Assembly: GCA_009838735.1 (NCBI GenBank)
Contig: VXQZ01000011.1
Span: 17,601-81,600, forward strand
DNA length: 64,000 bases
Origin: Chloroflexota bacterium
Lineage (GTDB): Bacteria > Chloroflexota > Dehalococcoidia > Bin125
Direction of reading: 5' to 3'
The first letter of the stretch is position 1. Each line of letters begins with the position of its first letter. Below are positions 42,362-51,757 of the stretch, piece after piece. Position numbers and translations under genes: made by a program. The notes beneath the pieces were generated by a model, which was given only the letters and a program-made list of their open reading frames with translations, had not been told where the DNA came from and searched no databases.

Positions 42362-43762
42362 CTAAAGGCTGCGCACGTCGACGAAGTGGCCGGCGACCGC
42401 GGCGGCGGCGGCCATCGCCGGGCTGACCAGGTGAGTCCGGCCTCCGGGGCCCTGTCGGCCCTCGAAGTTTCGGTTGCTGGTTGAAGCGCAGCGCTCTTGA
42501 GGGCTGAGGATGTCGGGGTTCATACCCAGGCACATCGAGCAGCCTGCGTCCCGCCATTCGAAGCCGGCGTCGCGGAAGATATCCGCGAGACCTTCTTCTT
42601 CGGCCTGCACCTTCACCAGCCCCGAGCCCGGCACGACCATCGCGTTGACGCCGTCTGCGACGTGTCCACCACTGATCGCAGCGGCGGCCGCGCGCAGATC
42701 TTCAATCCGGCCGTTGGTGCAAGAACCGATGAACACGCGGTCGATGGCGATGTCGCTGATTGGCGTGCCGGCGGTCAGGCCCTGGTAGGCCAGTGCCCGC
42801 TCCGCCGACTCTTGCGCCGACGCAGTGGCTAGGCTGGCCGGGTCTGGTATCGAGCCCGTGACCGGCGCACTCTGTGCTGGATTGGTACCCCAGGTGACGA
42901 ATGGCGCAATCTCAGCGCCGTCAATCACCACTTCCTTGTCGAAGTTGGCGTCCTCATCGGTGACCAGTTCACTCCAGCGCTCGACCGCATCGTCCCAGGC
43001 GTCGCCGGTCGGAGCGTGCGGACGCCCCTTGACGTAGCGGATCGTCGTCTCGTCCGGCGCGACCAGTCCGGCGCGGGCGCCGCCTTCGATGGTCATGTTG
43101 CAGACCGTCATCCGGCCGTCCATCGAGAGGTTGCGAATCACGTCGCCGCGGTATTCGATCACGTGCCCGACACCGCCGCCGGTGCCGATCGTGTTGAGGA
43201 TCGTCAGGATCACATCCTTGGCCGAGCAACCATCGGGCAGTTCGCCCGTGACCTCAACCGACATCTGCTTGAGCGGCGCCTGCGGCAATGTCTGCGTCGC
43301 GAGCACGTGCTCGACCTCCGAGGTACCGATGCCGAAGGCCAGTGCACCCAGGGCTCCGTGAGTTGAGGTGTGGCTGTCGCCGCAGACGATCGTCAGGCCG
43401 GGCTGGGTCAGGCCCTGTTCCGGCCCGATGATGTGAACGATCCCCTGGCGCGGGTCGAGCGTGTCGTAGAGCGGCACGCCGAACTCTTCGCAGTTGGCGC
43501 GCAGCGATTCGACCTGCTGTTGCGAGAGTGGGTCGGCATACGGTTCGATCCGCGTGTCGGTCGGGACGTTGTGATCCTGGGTCGCGAGCGTCAAGTCAGG
43601 GCGCCGCACGCTCCGACCGCTCAGCCGGAGACCTTCAAACGCCTGCGGCGACGTGACTTCATGCACGAGGTGCAGGTCGATGTAGAGCAGGTCGGGCTGG
43701 CCCTCCACGCTGCGGATCAGGTGCTCGTCCCAGATTTTCTGAGCAACAGTACGTCCGGCCAT
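42362..43762 (-). CDS. leuC: 3-isopropylmalate dehydratase large subunit
   Basis: Aconitase family; Cys ligand motifs ...GSCTNGR..., N-terminus [15 protein letters not shown]; 466 aa. Confidence 0.9.
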   Translation of the reverse strand: MAGRTVAQKIWDEHLIRSVEGQPDLLYIDLHLVHEVTSPQAFEGLRLSGRSVRRPDLTLATQDHNVPTDTRIEPYADPLSQQQVESLRANCEEFGVPLYDTLDPRQGIVHIIGPEQGLTQPGLTIVCGDSHTSTHGALGALAFGIGTSEVEHVLATQTLPQAPLKQMSVEVTGELPDGCSAKDVILTILNTIGTGGGVGHVIEYRGDVIRNLSMDGRMTVCNMTIEGGARAGLVAPDETTIRYVKGRPHAPTGDAWDDAVERWSELVTDEDANFDKEVVIDGAEIAPFVTWGTNPAQSAPVTGSIPDPASLATASAQESAERALAYQGLTAGTPISDIAIDRVFIGSCTNGRIEDLRAAAAAISGGHVADGVNAMVVPGSGLVKVQAEEEGLADIFRDAGFEWRDAGCSMCLGMNPDILSPQERCASTSNRNFEGRQGPGGRTHLVSPAMAAAAAVAGHFVDVRSL

Positions 43763-43806
43763 GGGTCACTCCTCAGCGGTCGATTCTGCGGTCGGATGTT
43801 TGAGAG

Positions 43807-45360
43807 CTACGGCGTCCGCTCCTGCGTCGCGGCGGCGGTCGCGCCGGTCTGTCCGCTGACGTGACGGTTGATCGCGTTGATGTAAGCCCGAGCCGAGGCG
43901 ACCAGGATGTCCTGGTCTGCGGCCCGGCCGGTGTGCGTGGCGCCATCGATGAGGATGCGAATCGTGACGTCGCCCTGGGCGTCGAGTCCCTCGGTGATGC
44001 TCGTGACGCTGTACTCCTCAAGCTCGTCTTCGACGCCGGTCAGTTCGCGGATCGTCTGGTAGATCGCATCGACCGGACCGGTACCGGTCTTGGCGCCGGA
44101 GCACTCTTCGTCGTCCGGCGATCGCAGCGTGACCGTCGCCGACGGCGTGGCCGTCGTGCCCGCGGAGATGTCGATCGATACGAGCTGCCAGCCTTCGGTC
44201 GGTTGGCCGAGCCGGTCCATGACGATCGCCTCGAGGTCGCGGTCGTCAACCACCGTCTTGCGGTCGGCGAGCTGCTGGAAGCGATCGAACGCCGCCTTCA
44301 ACTCGTCGGCGTCCAGTTCATAGCCCAGGTCCTCCAGTCGCGAGCGGAATCCCGCCCGTCCGGAGAGCTTTGAGAGCACGAACTGCGAGCCCTCGACCCA
44401 GCCGACCTCCTTGGGGTCCATGATCTCGTAGGTCTCGCGCATCTTGACCACGCCGTCCTGGTGAATCCCGGACTGATGGCGGAACGCATTGAGTCCGACG
44501 ATCGCCTTGTTCGGCTGCACGTGCATGCCGGCGAAGTCCTGGACCATGCGCGAGGCCGGGACCAGGTACTGAGGGTCGACGCCGATTTCGACGCCGAGGT
44601 GGTCGGCGCGGGTGCGGATTGCCATCACGGTCTCCTCGAGCGAGGTGTTGCCCGCTCGTTCGCCGAGACCGTTGATCGTGCATTCCACCTGCCGAGCGCC
44701 GGCGCCGACGGCGGCCAGCGAGTTGGCCGTCGAGAGGCCGAGGTCGTTGTGGCAATGCACTGAAACGACGACGTTATCCGCTCCCGGCACATCCTCGAGG
44801 ATGCCGGTGATGAAGCGGGCGAACTCGTCGGGGATGGCGTAGCCGACGGTATCGGGAATATTGATCGTCGTCGCGCCCGCCTCGATCACCTCGCGCAGCA
44901 TGCGGCGGACGAAGTCGACATCCGAGCGGGTCGCGTCCATCGGCGAGAACTCGACGTCGCTGGTGTACTGCTTGGCCCGCGCGACCATTTCGCGGGCCTG
45001 TTGCAGCACCGATTCACGGTCCTTGCGCAGCTGGTGCGCGATATGGATGTCGGAGGAGGAGAGGAAGACGTGGATGCGAGGATTCTCGGCGTCGCGGATC
45101 GCCTCCCAGCCCTGGTCGACATCGTTGGGCACGGCGCGGCAGAGGGTGGCGATCTGTGTCCCGCGGACCTCGCGGGCGATGCGGTTGACGGCGTCGAAGT
45201 CGGCCGGCGAGGCGGCGGCGAAGCCGGCCTCGATGCAGTCGACGCCCATGCGCTCGAGCAGCTTGGCGATCTGCAGCTTCTCCTCGGCGGAGAAGGAGAC
45301 GCCGGCGGCCTGTTCGCCGTCGCGCAGGGTGGTATCAAAGATTCGGACTCGGTCAGCCAT
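43807..45360 (-). CDS. leuA: 2-isopropylmalate synthase
   Basis: MADRVRIFDTTLRDGEQAAGVSF, HCHNDLGLSTANSLAAV, C-terminal LeuA dimerisation/regulatory domain; 517 aa. Confidence 0.9.
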   Translation of the reverse strand: MADRVRIFDTTLRDGEQAAGVSFSAEEKLQIAKLLERMGVDCIEAGFAAASPADFDAVNRIAREVRGTQIATLCRAVPNDVDQGWEAIRDAENPRIHVFLSSSDIHIAHQLRKDRESVLQQAREMVARAKQYTSDVEFSPMDATRSDVDFVRRMLREVIEAGATTINIPDTVGYAIPDEFARFITGILEDVPGADNVVVSVHCHNDLGLSTANSLAAVGAGARQVECTINGLGERAGNTSLEETVMAIRTRADHLGVEIGVDPQYLVPASRMVQDFAGMHVQPNKAIVGLNAFRHQSGIHQDGVVKMRETYEIMDPKEVGWVEGSQFVLSKLSGRAGFRSRLEDLGYELDADELKAAFDRFQQLADRKTVVDDRDLEAIVMDRLGQPTEGWQLVSIDISAGTTATPSATVTLRSPDDEECSGAKTGTGPVDAIYQTIRELTGVEDELEEYSVTSITEGLDAQGDVTIRILIDGATHTGRAADQDILVASARAYINAINRHVSGQTGATAAATQERTP

Positions 45361-45469
45361 AACGGGAAACTCCAGTGGTCAGAGCAGGGATTGAACGGGT
45401 GCGTTGACGTGGCCGCTATTGCTCACCAGCACGATCTGGGAGGCGGCCGCCGATCAGGCCACGAGCACT

Positions 45470-45489
45470 CCGCGGGCAACAGCCCGCGG
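45470..45489 (-). promoter_or_regulatory. 8-bp perfect stem-loop (CCGCGGGC-UGUU-GCCCGCGG) in ~380-nt leuA leader
   Basis: Read from sequence in 5-prime UTR upstream of leuA on minus strand; possible attenuator/riboregulatory element, unverified. Confidence 0.3.
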
Positions 45490-45739
45490 TTCAGCTCCTC
45501 CAAGCACACACTGCTTCATGCTGAGTACTATAGGGGACGCTCGTAGCAGAGGCCTGCCGAGGCGCCAGCATTCGACTTAGCCTCCACACGCTAACTCTCC
45601 ACCGAACTCACATTCCGTCACTCCAGCGCAAGCGGGAATGGCGGATTTCGTTTGACGACGACGGCGATCTGATTTCCTTATCCTCCGAGCAACCGTGGGT
45701 TGCGCGTATGCGCGATGTCTGGATCGCTTGGAGATTCTG

Positions 45740-47470
45740 ATGGCGAAGTTTGATGTTCTGATTCGGGGTGGGACGGTTGTTGATGGGACCAGTGTCCCCC
45801 GGTTTGTCGCCGATGTTGGGATCAAGGACGGTGTGGTTGCCCAGATTGGCGGCAAGATGGACGCCATCGACGCCGAGCAGGTGCTCGACGCCGACGGCCT
45901 GATCGTGGCGCCTGGCTTCGTTGACCTGCACACGCACTACGACGCTCAGATCCAGTGGGATCCGTACTGCACGATTTCCGGCTGGCATGGGGTGACGTCG
46001 GTCGTGCTGGGAAACTGTGGCTTCGGTTTTGCTCCGGTGCGGGTCGAGGAACGCGACCGCGCGATGCTGACCATGTCGCGCACCGAGGCGATTCCGTTTG
46101 ACTCAATGAAGGAAGGGATGATTTGGGACTGGGTCACATTCCCCGAGTTCCTCGACACGCTCGATCGGATCCCCAAGGGCGTCAACTGCCTGTCCTACAT
46201 GCCGCTCGCGCCGCTGATGACCTGGGTCATGGGCCTCGAAGCGGCTAAGTCGCGGCGCGCCAACGATGACGAAATCGCCGAGATGAAGCGTCTGCTCAAC
46301 GAGGCGATGGACGCCGGTGCCTGCGGTTGGTCGACGCAGCGGCTGGGAGAGAATTCGGTCCAGGCCGATTACGACGGCACGCCGATGGTGACCGACATCA
46401 TGTCGGACAGCGAGTGCCTTGCGCTGGCAGAGGTCCTGGCAGAACGCGACGAGGGCTTCATCCAGATCACCCAGTTCACAGGCGACCTGGACAAGGATCT
46501 GGAGTTCCAATCGGAGCTGGCGGCGGCAGCGAAGCGGCCTATCTTGCACAACCTGATCGCCGTCAACCCGAAGAATCCCGACCTGCATCGCAACCGGATG
46601 AAGTGGCTGGAGGAGTGCAACGCCCGCGGCGAGCGGATCTTCGGGCAGGCCGCCACGATCCGCGCCGCCTTCACCTTCACGCTGGAGGACTGGAATCTGT
46701 ACGACTCCTCGCCGGCCTGGAACTACGCCACCACAGGAACGCGTGATGAGCGCAAGGCCAAGATGGCGGATCCTGAAGTGCGGGAGCGAATCATCGCCGA
46801 GATCGATGAGGCAATCAAGAAGCTTGGCCAGACCCAGGCGCTCGGCGGGCCGATCGAGGAACTGTTGATCCAGGATCTGGCTCACCAGGACGAGCTGGAA
46901 GAGTTGGTCGGGATGACGGTGGGCCAAGTCGCTGAGATTCGCGGATATCACCCCGTCCACGCGATGCTCGACCTCGCGCTGGAGACCGACCTGCAGGCGG
47001 AGTTCCTGACGCCGATGCGCGAACAAAACGATGAGTGGACGGCCGAGATGATCACCTCGCCGTACTGCATCCCCGGCGTGTCCGACGGCGGCGCGCACAC
47101 CAAGTTCCTCACGGCCGGTTCATATCCGACCGACTTCCTCATGTGGCTGGTCCGCGACACCGGCCAACTCACATTGGAAGAGGCGCACTACCGGTTGAGC
47201 AATCTGCCCGCCCGCGCGGCCGGATTCCGGGATCGCGGCACGCTGGTCGAAGGCGCGCCGGCCGATGTGGTCGTCTACGACCTCGACGCACTCAACATCA
47301 CGCCGGAGTGGACCGGCGAGATTGTCTACGACTTCCCCGGCGGCGAATGGCGTCGGGTGCAACGACCAGACGGCTACCGCTGGATCCTGGTCAACGGCGA
47401 AGTCACGTTCGAAGACGGAGAATCGACCGGCAGCACACCAGGCAAGTTGCTGCGACACGGTCGCGGCTGA
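45740..47470 (+). CDS. N-acyl-D-amino-acid deacylase (D-aminoacylase) family amidohydrolase, copy 1
   Basis: MAKFDVLIRGGTVVDGT...PGFVDLHTHYD metal-binding HxH; 576 aa; ORF-track GTG 45695 possible alternative. Confidence 0.75.
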   Translation: MAKFDVLIRGGTVVDGTSVPRFVADVGIKDGVVAQIGGKMDAIDAEQVLDADGLIVAPGFVDLHTHYDAQIQWDPYCTISGWHGVTSVVLGNCGFGFAPVRVEERDRAMLTMSRTEAIPFDSMKEGMIWDWVTFPEFLDTLDRIPKGVNCLSYMPLAPLMTWVMGLEAAKSRRANDDEIAEMKRLLNEAMDAGACGWSTQRLGENSVQADYDGTPMVTDIMSDSECLALAEVLAERDEGFIQITQFTGDLDKDLEFQSELAAAAKRPILHNLIAVNPKNPDLHRNRMKWLEECNARGERIFGQAATIRAAFTFTLEDWNLYDSSPAWNYATTGTRDERKAKMADPEVRERIIAEIDEAIKKLGQTQALGGPIEELLIQDLAHQDELEELVGMTVGQVAEIRGYHPVHAMLDLALETDLQAEFLTPMREQNDEWTAEMITSPYCIPGVSDGGAHTKFLTAGSYPTDFLMWLVRDTGQLTLEEAHYRLSNLPARAAGFRDRGTLVEGAPADVVVYDLDALNITPEWTGEIVYDFPGGEWRRVQRPDGYRWILVNGEVTFEDGESTGSTPGKLLRHGRG

Positions 47471-47518
47471 TCGCTCATACTCACCTGAAACGGGAACCAG
47501 CAGCACAAGGAGACTGAG

Positions 47519-49249
47519 ATGGCGAAGTTTGACGTTCTGATTCGCGGCGGCACGGTCGTCGACGGGACCCGTGTCCCACGATTTGTGGCGGACGTCGGGA
47601 TCAAGAATGGGGTCGTCACCCAGATCGGCGGCAAGATGGACCCCGCAGACGCCGATCAACTCCTCGAAGCCGATGGCATGATCGTCGCGCCCGGGTTTGT
47701 CGACCTGCATACGCACTACGACGCGCAAATCCAGTGGGATCCATACTGCACGATCTCAGGCTGGCACGGTGTCACATCAGTGGTGCTCGGCAACTGCGGC
47801 TTCGGCTTCGCGCCGGTGCGTGCAGAGGAGCGCGACCGTGCCATGCTGACCATGTCGCGCACAGAGGCGATTCCCTTCGACTCGATGAAGGAAGGCATGC
47901 TCTGGGACTGGATCTCCTTCCCCGAGTGGCTCGACACCCTCGACCGCATCCCCAAGGGCGTGAACTGCCTCTCGTACATGCCGATCGCCCCGTTGATGAT
48001 CTGGGTGATGGGTCTGGAAGCGGCCAAGAGTCGACGCGCAACCGACGACGAAATCGCCGAGATGCAGCGTCTGCTGCACGAAGCGATGGACGCCGGCGCC
48101 TGCGGCTGGTCGACCCAGCGACTGGGTGAGAACTCGGTCCAGGCCGACTACGACGGCACGCCGATGGTGACCGACATCATGTCGGACAACGAGTGTCTGG
48201 CCCTGGCCGAAGTCCTGCGCGACCGCGACGAAGGCTTCATCCAGATCACCCAGGCGACGGGCGACATCAAGTCCGACCTCGCCTTTGAGGCGAAGCTGGC
48301 CGAGGTCTCGGGACGGCCGATCCTGCACAACGTGATCGCGCCGAGCATGCAGCGGCCGGACGCTCACACCAAGTCGCTCAAGTGGCTGCATGAGTGCAAC
48401 GACCGCGGCGAGCGCATCTTCGGTCAGGCCTTTACGATCCGCTCGGCCTTCGCCTACACGCTTGAGGATTGGAACCTCTACGACTCGTCACCGGCCTGGA
48501 ACTACGCCACGACCGGCACGATCGAAGAGAAGATGTCCAAGTTCGCCGATCCGGATGTGCGGCAGCGGCTTAAGGATGAGATGGACGATGCGATCGAGAA
48601 GCTGGGGCAGACGCAGGCCATCGGCGGCTCGATCGAGCGGGTCATGATCCAGCACCTCGAGGCCAAGCCCGAGCTGGAAGAGTATGTCGGACTGACGCTC
48701 GCCCAGGTCGGCGAGAAGATGGGCAAGCACCCGATCGACGCGATGCTCGACCTCGCGCTGGCCACGGACCTCAAGGCCGAGTTCCTGACCGAGGTGACGA
48801 ACGCCAACGAAGAGCACATGGCCGAGATCATGGAATCGCCATACACGATTCCGGGCGTCTCCGATGGCGGTGCGCACACCAAGTTCCTCACCGCAGGCTC
48901 ATACCCAACCGACTTCCTCATGTGGATGGTGCGCGACACGGGCAAGATCACCCTCGAGGAAGCTCACTACCGGCTCTCCTACTTGCCGGCACGCGCGGGA
49001 GGGTTCACGAACCGTGGCTCATTGGTCGAAGGCGCCCCGGCCGACGTGGTCGTCTACAACCTCGACGAACTGAAGCTCGATCCTGAATTCCAGGGCGAGA
49101 TCGTCTTCGACTTCCCCGGAGGCGAATGGCGCCGAGTCCAGAAGCCGCACGGCTACAAGTGGATCCTCGTCAACGGAGAGGTCACCATGCAGGACGGCCA
49201 GGAAACCGGAGCCACCCCGGGCAAGCTCCTAAGGCACGGTCGGGGATGA
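47519..49249 (+). CDS. N-acyl-D-amino-acid deacylase family amidohydrolase, copy 2 (tandem paralog, ~80% identical)
   Basis: Same motifs; collinear identity with copy 1. Confidence 0.75.
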   Translation: MAKFDVLIRGGTVVDGTRVPRFVADVGIKNGVVTQIGGKMDPADADQLLEADGMIVAPGFVDLHTHYDAQIQWDPYCTISGWHGVTSVVLGNCGFGFAPVRAEERDRAMLTMSRTEAIPFDSMKEGMLWDWISFPEWLDTLDRIPKGVNCLSYMPIAPLMIWVMGLEAAKSRRATDDEIAEMQRLLHEAMDAGACGWSTQRLGENSVQADYDGTPMVTDIMSDNECLALAEVLRDRDEGFIQITQATGDIKSDLAFEAKLAEVSGRPILHNVIAPSMQRPDAHTKSLKWLHECNDRGERIFGQAFTIRSAFAYTLEDWNLYDSSPAWNYATTGTIEEKMSKFADPDVRQRLKDEMDDAIEKLGQTQAIGGSIERVMIQHLEAKPELEEYVGLTLAQVGEKMGKHPIDAMLDLALATDLKAEFLTEVTNANEEHMAEIMESPYTIPGVSDGGAHTKFLTAGSYPTDFLMWMVRDTGKITLEEAHYRLSYLPARAGGFTNRGSLVEGAPADVVVYNLDELKLDPEFQGEIVFDFPGGEWRRVQKPHGYKWILVNGEVTMQDGQETGATPGKLLRHGRG

Positions 49250-49339
49250 TTCAGCTCTAGTCACCCGCTTGGCGTCCCCGGCCCAACAGCCGGGGACGTT
49301 GCGTTTATCGACTCACCGAAGCCGCCGCAGGCGAATCTA

Positions 49340-51655
49340 TCAGCCGGCCTCCGACGCCTCCTCAAGCGTCATCGTCCTTGGCAGTTTGACCTTCGGCTCG
49401 ATTTTGACATCTACGACGTGGATCGTTCCGGTGAACTCGAAGGGGGCTGCGTAGGTGTCTGAGACGGGGGAGTAGTTGTCAGCTCCGACGTCGGCGCCGC
49501 CTCTCACGCCGATTCCTGTGATGTCTGCGATCTCCACCTGCCCCGCGTCTCGGCCATTGACCGTGAAGTTCACAACACCTTCCCTGGCCTCGTTCGAGGT
49601 CATCCTGGCCGACAGGGTCGACTTGCCGATCGGCAGTTCGGCGTCGGATCGGCCGATGGTGTGATTCTCACGCGAGTTGTAGTCGAGGCAGAGGCGGTTG
49701 TCCTGCACGTAGAGCGAGACGCCGCCGGCCATGCTGCCCGAGGCGTAGAGCACGCCCTCCTGGTCGCTGCTGGTGCGATCAATCTCGGCGGTGATTTGCC
49801 AGTCGCCGATGTGGATGACCGGCGCAACGCGGCCATGCAAGTGAGAGACGGGCGGGTAGAAGCGGTAGTGCAGACCCTCGTGCGGTCCGCCGGGCTTCGG
49901 GCTGGGGAGGCCCAGCGTGGGTAGTCGGTCGTCGAGCGGGAGCACGTTGTAGCGGCCCGCTTCGATCCACCAGCGGTCGATCATGCGCTGCAGGCGATCG
50001 GGCTCTTCGCCGGACAGGTCGTGGAGCTCGGAAAAGTCCTCCTCGAGGTTGAACAGCTCCCACTGGTCTTCCCCGAAGGGGGTGCCGCGGAAATGTCGGG
50101 TGACGGCTTTCCAGCCGTCCATCCAGATCGCGCGGTGGCCCCACATCTCGAAGTACTGAACGCCCTTGTTCGACGGCGCGTCGGGGTCCGCAAACGTGTA
50201 GGCCAGGCTCTTGCCGTGGATCGGCATCTGCGCGAGCCCTTGGTGTGCTTTCGGAGCTTCCTCGTCGAGTACATCGAGCACGGTCGGTACCAGGTCGGTC
50301 ACGTGATGGAACTGGTTCCTGATTTGCCCCTGAGGCACGCGTTCCGGCCAGCGAACGATCAGCGGTACGCGGATCCCGCCGCCGTACGCGTCGCTCTTGT
50401 ACCAGCGCAGCGGTGTGTTGGCGACCTGGGCCCAGCCCCAGGGGACGTCGGTCCAGCTGCGCGCCGTGCCGACGTCATCGAGTCGCGCTTGCAGGGCGGC
50501 CAGGCGTTCGTCGTGCATCGATCCCTGGTCGCCCATCGGAATGTTCAGCAAGCCGCCCTCGTTGGAGGAAATGCCATGGCCGCCCTGGGCCAGGCTGAAC
50601 ATGCCCATCGGCCCGCCCATGCCGGAGGCGCCGTTGTCCGACGTGAGCATGACGATGGTGTTGTCGAGCTGTCCCGAGTCTTCCAGGTACTCAAAGAGGC
50701 GGCCGAGCTGCGCGTCGGTGTGGTCGAGGAACGCTCCGAACGCTTCGAAGAGCCGTGCGGCGAATCGCCTGGCGTCTTCGGAGAGGTCGTCCCAGCGCTC
50801 GACGCCCGGGTTTCGGTCGGCCAGCTTCGTGTCGGGCGGGATGATTCCGCTGGCGAGTTGACGCTCGTACCACTCCTGGCGGATCTCGTCCCAGCCGGCG
50901 TCGAAGCGACCTCGGTACTTCTCGACGTACTCGCGCGGGGATTGGTGCGGCTCGTGCACGGCGCCGAGAGCGAGATAGGTGAAGAACGGCTGCTCAGGCC
51001 GGTGCGACTGCTTGTCCCTGATGAACTGAATCGCATGGTCGACCAGATCCTCCGTGATGTGATAGCCGTCCTCGGGACGGCTGGGCGGAGTGATGTGTCG
51101 GTTGTCCTCGGTCAGTTCGGGATAGAACTGATCGGTCGCGCCGGCGAGGAAGCCGTAGTAGCGGTCGAATCCTCGCTGCAGCGGCCAGTGATCGTAGGGA
51201 CCGGCTGCGCCGTTCTCCTCGGCCGGGCTGAGGTGCCACTTGCCGACCATGTAGGTCGCATAGCCGCGCGGCCGCAGCATCTCCGCCAGGGTCGCCGAGT
51301 GCTTCGAGACCGCGGATCGCATGTTGGTGAACCCGGTGTCGTGAAAGCTGATCGTGCGCATGCCCACGGCGTGGTGATTGCGGCCCGTGAGTAGCGAGGC
51401 CCGGGTCGGCGAGCAGAGCGGCGTCACATGGAAGTTGGAGTAGCGCAGGCCCTCGTCGGCCAGTTTGTCGATGTTGGGGGTATCGATCGTCGAGCCGTAA
51501 CAGCCGAGATGGGCGAAGCCCATGTCGTCAAAGAGGATGATCAGCACATTCGGCCGAGGGCCATGCTCATCTTCGGGCAGCAACGGCCACCAGGGTTCCG
51601 ACTCCTCGAAGGTGACACCTACCTGGCCTCTGAAATCTTCAAACTGTTCTGACAT
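49340..51655 (-). CDS. arylsulfatase (Cys-type, formylglycine-dependent), copy 1
   Basis: LCSPTRASLLTGRNHH C-x-P-x-R formylglycine motif, GKWHLS; 771 aa. Confidence 0.85.
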   Translation of the reverse strand: MSEQFEDFRGQVGVTFEESEPWWPLLPEDEHGPRPNVLIILFDDMGFAHLGCYGSTIDTPNIDKLADEGLRYSNFHVTPLCSPTRASLLTGRNHHAVGMRTISFHDTGFTNMRSAVSKHSATLAEMLRPRGYATYMVGKWHLSPAEENGAAGPYDHWPLQRGFDRYYGFLAGATDQFYPELTEDNRHITPPSRPEDGYHITEDLVDHAIQFIRDKQSHRPEQPFFTYLALGAVHEPHQSPREYVEKYRGRFDAGWDEIRQEWYERQLASGIIPPDTKLADRNPGVERWDDLSEDARRFAARLFEAFGAFLDHTDAQLGRLFEYLEDSGQLDNTIVMLTSDNGASGMGGPMGMFSLAQGGHGISSNEGGLLNIPMGDQGSMHDERLAALQARLDDVGTARSWTDVPWGWAQVANTPLRWYKSDAYGGGIRVPLIVRWPERVPQGQIRNQFHHVTDLVPTVLDVLDEEAPKAHQGLAQMPIHGKSLAYTFADPDAPSNKGVQYFEMWGHRAIWMDGWKAVTRHFRGTPFGEDQWELFNLEEDFSELHDLSGEEPDRLQRMIDRWWIEAGRYNVLPLDDRLPTLGLPSPKPGGPHEGLHYRFYPPVSHLHGRVAPVIHIGDWQITAEIDRTSSDQEGVLYASGSMAGGVSLYVQDNRLCLDYNSRENHTIGRSDAELPIGKSTLSARMTSNEAREGVVNFTVNGRDAGQVEIADITGIGVRGGADVGADNYSPVSDTYAAPFEFTGTIHVVDVKIEPKVKLPRTMTLEEASEAG

Positions 51656-51757
51656 CTCATTCGCCTGTCGCTTCGAATCGAATCGAGGCGCAAGATAGGC
51701 GATCAGGCTCGGCGAAGTGCGTGTCAGGCGCGGCCACGACGGAGTTCAGAATCCGCT

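Noticed and set aside
45361-45739. T-box riboswitch or classic Leu-codon leader peptide upstream of leuA
   Set aside because: The T-box consensus (GGUGGNACCGCG) is only partially matched (…CUGAACCGCGGG). The 21-aa uORF contains just two Leu codons, so it is reported only as a generic structured leader.
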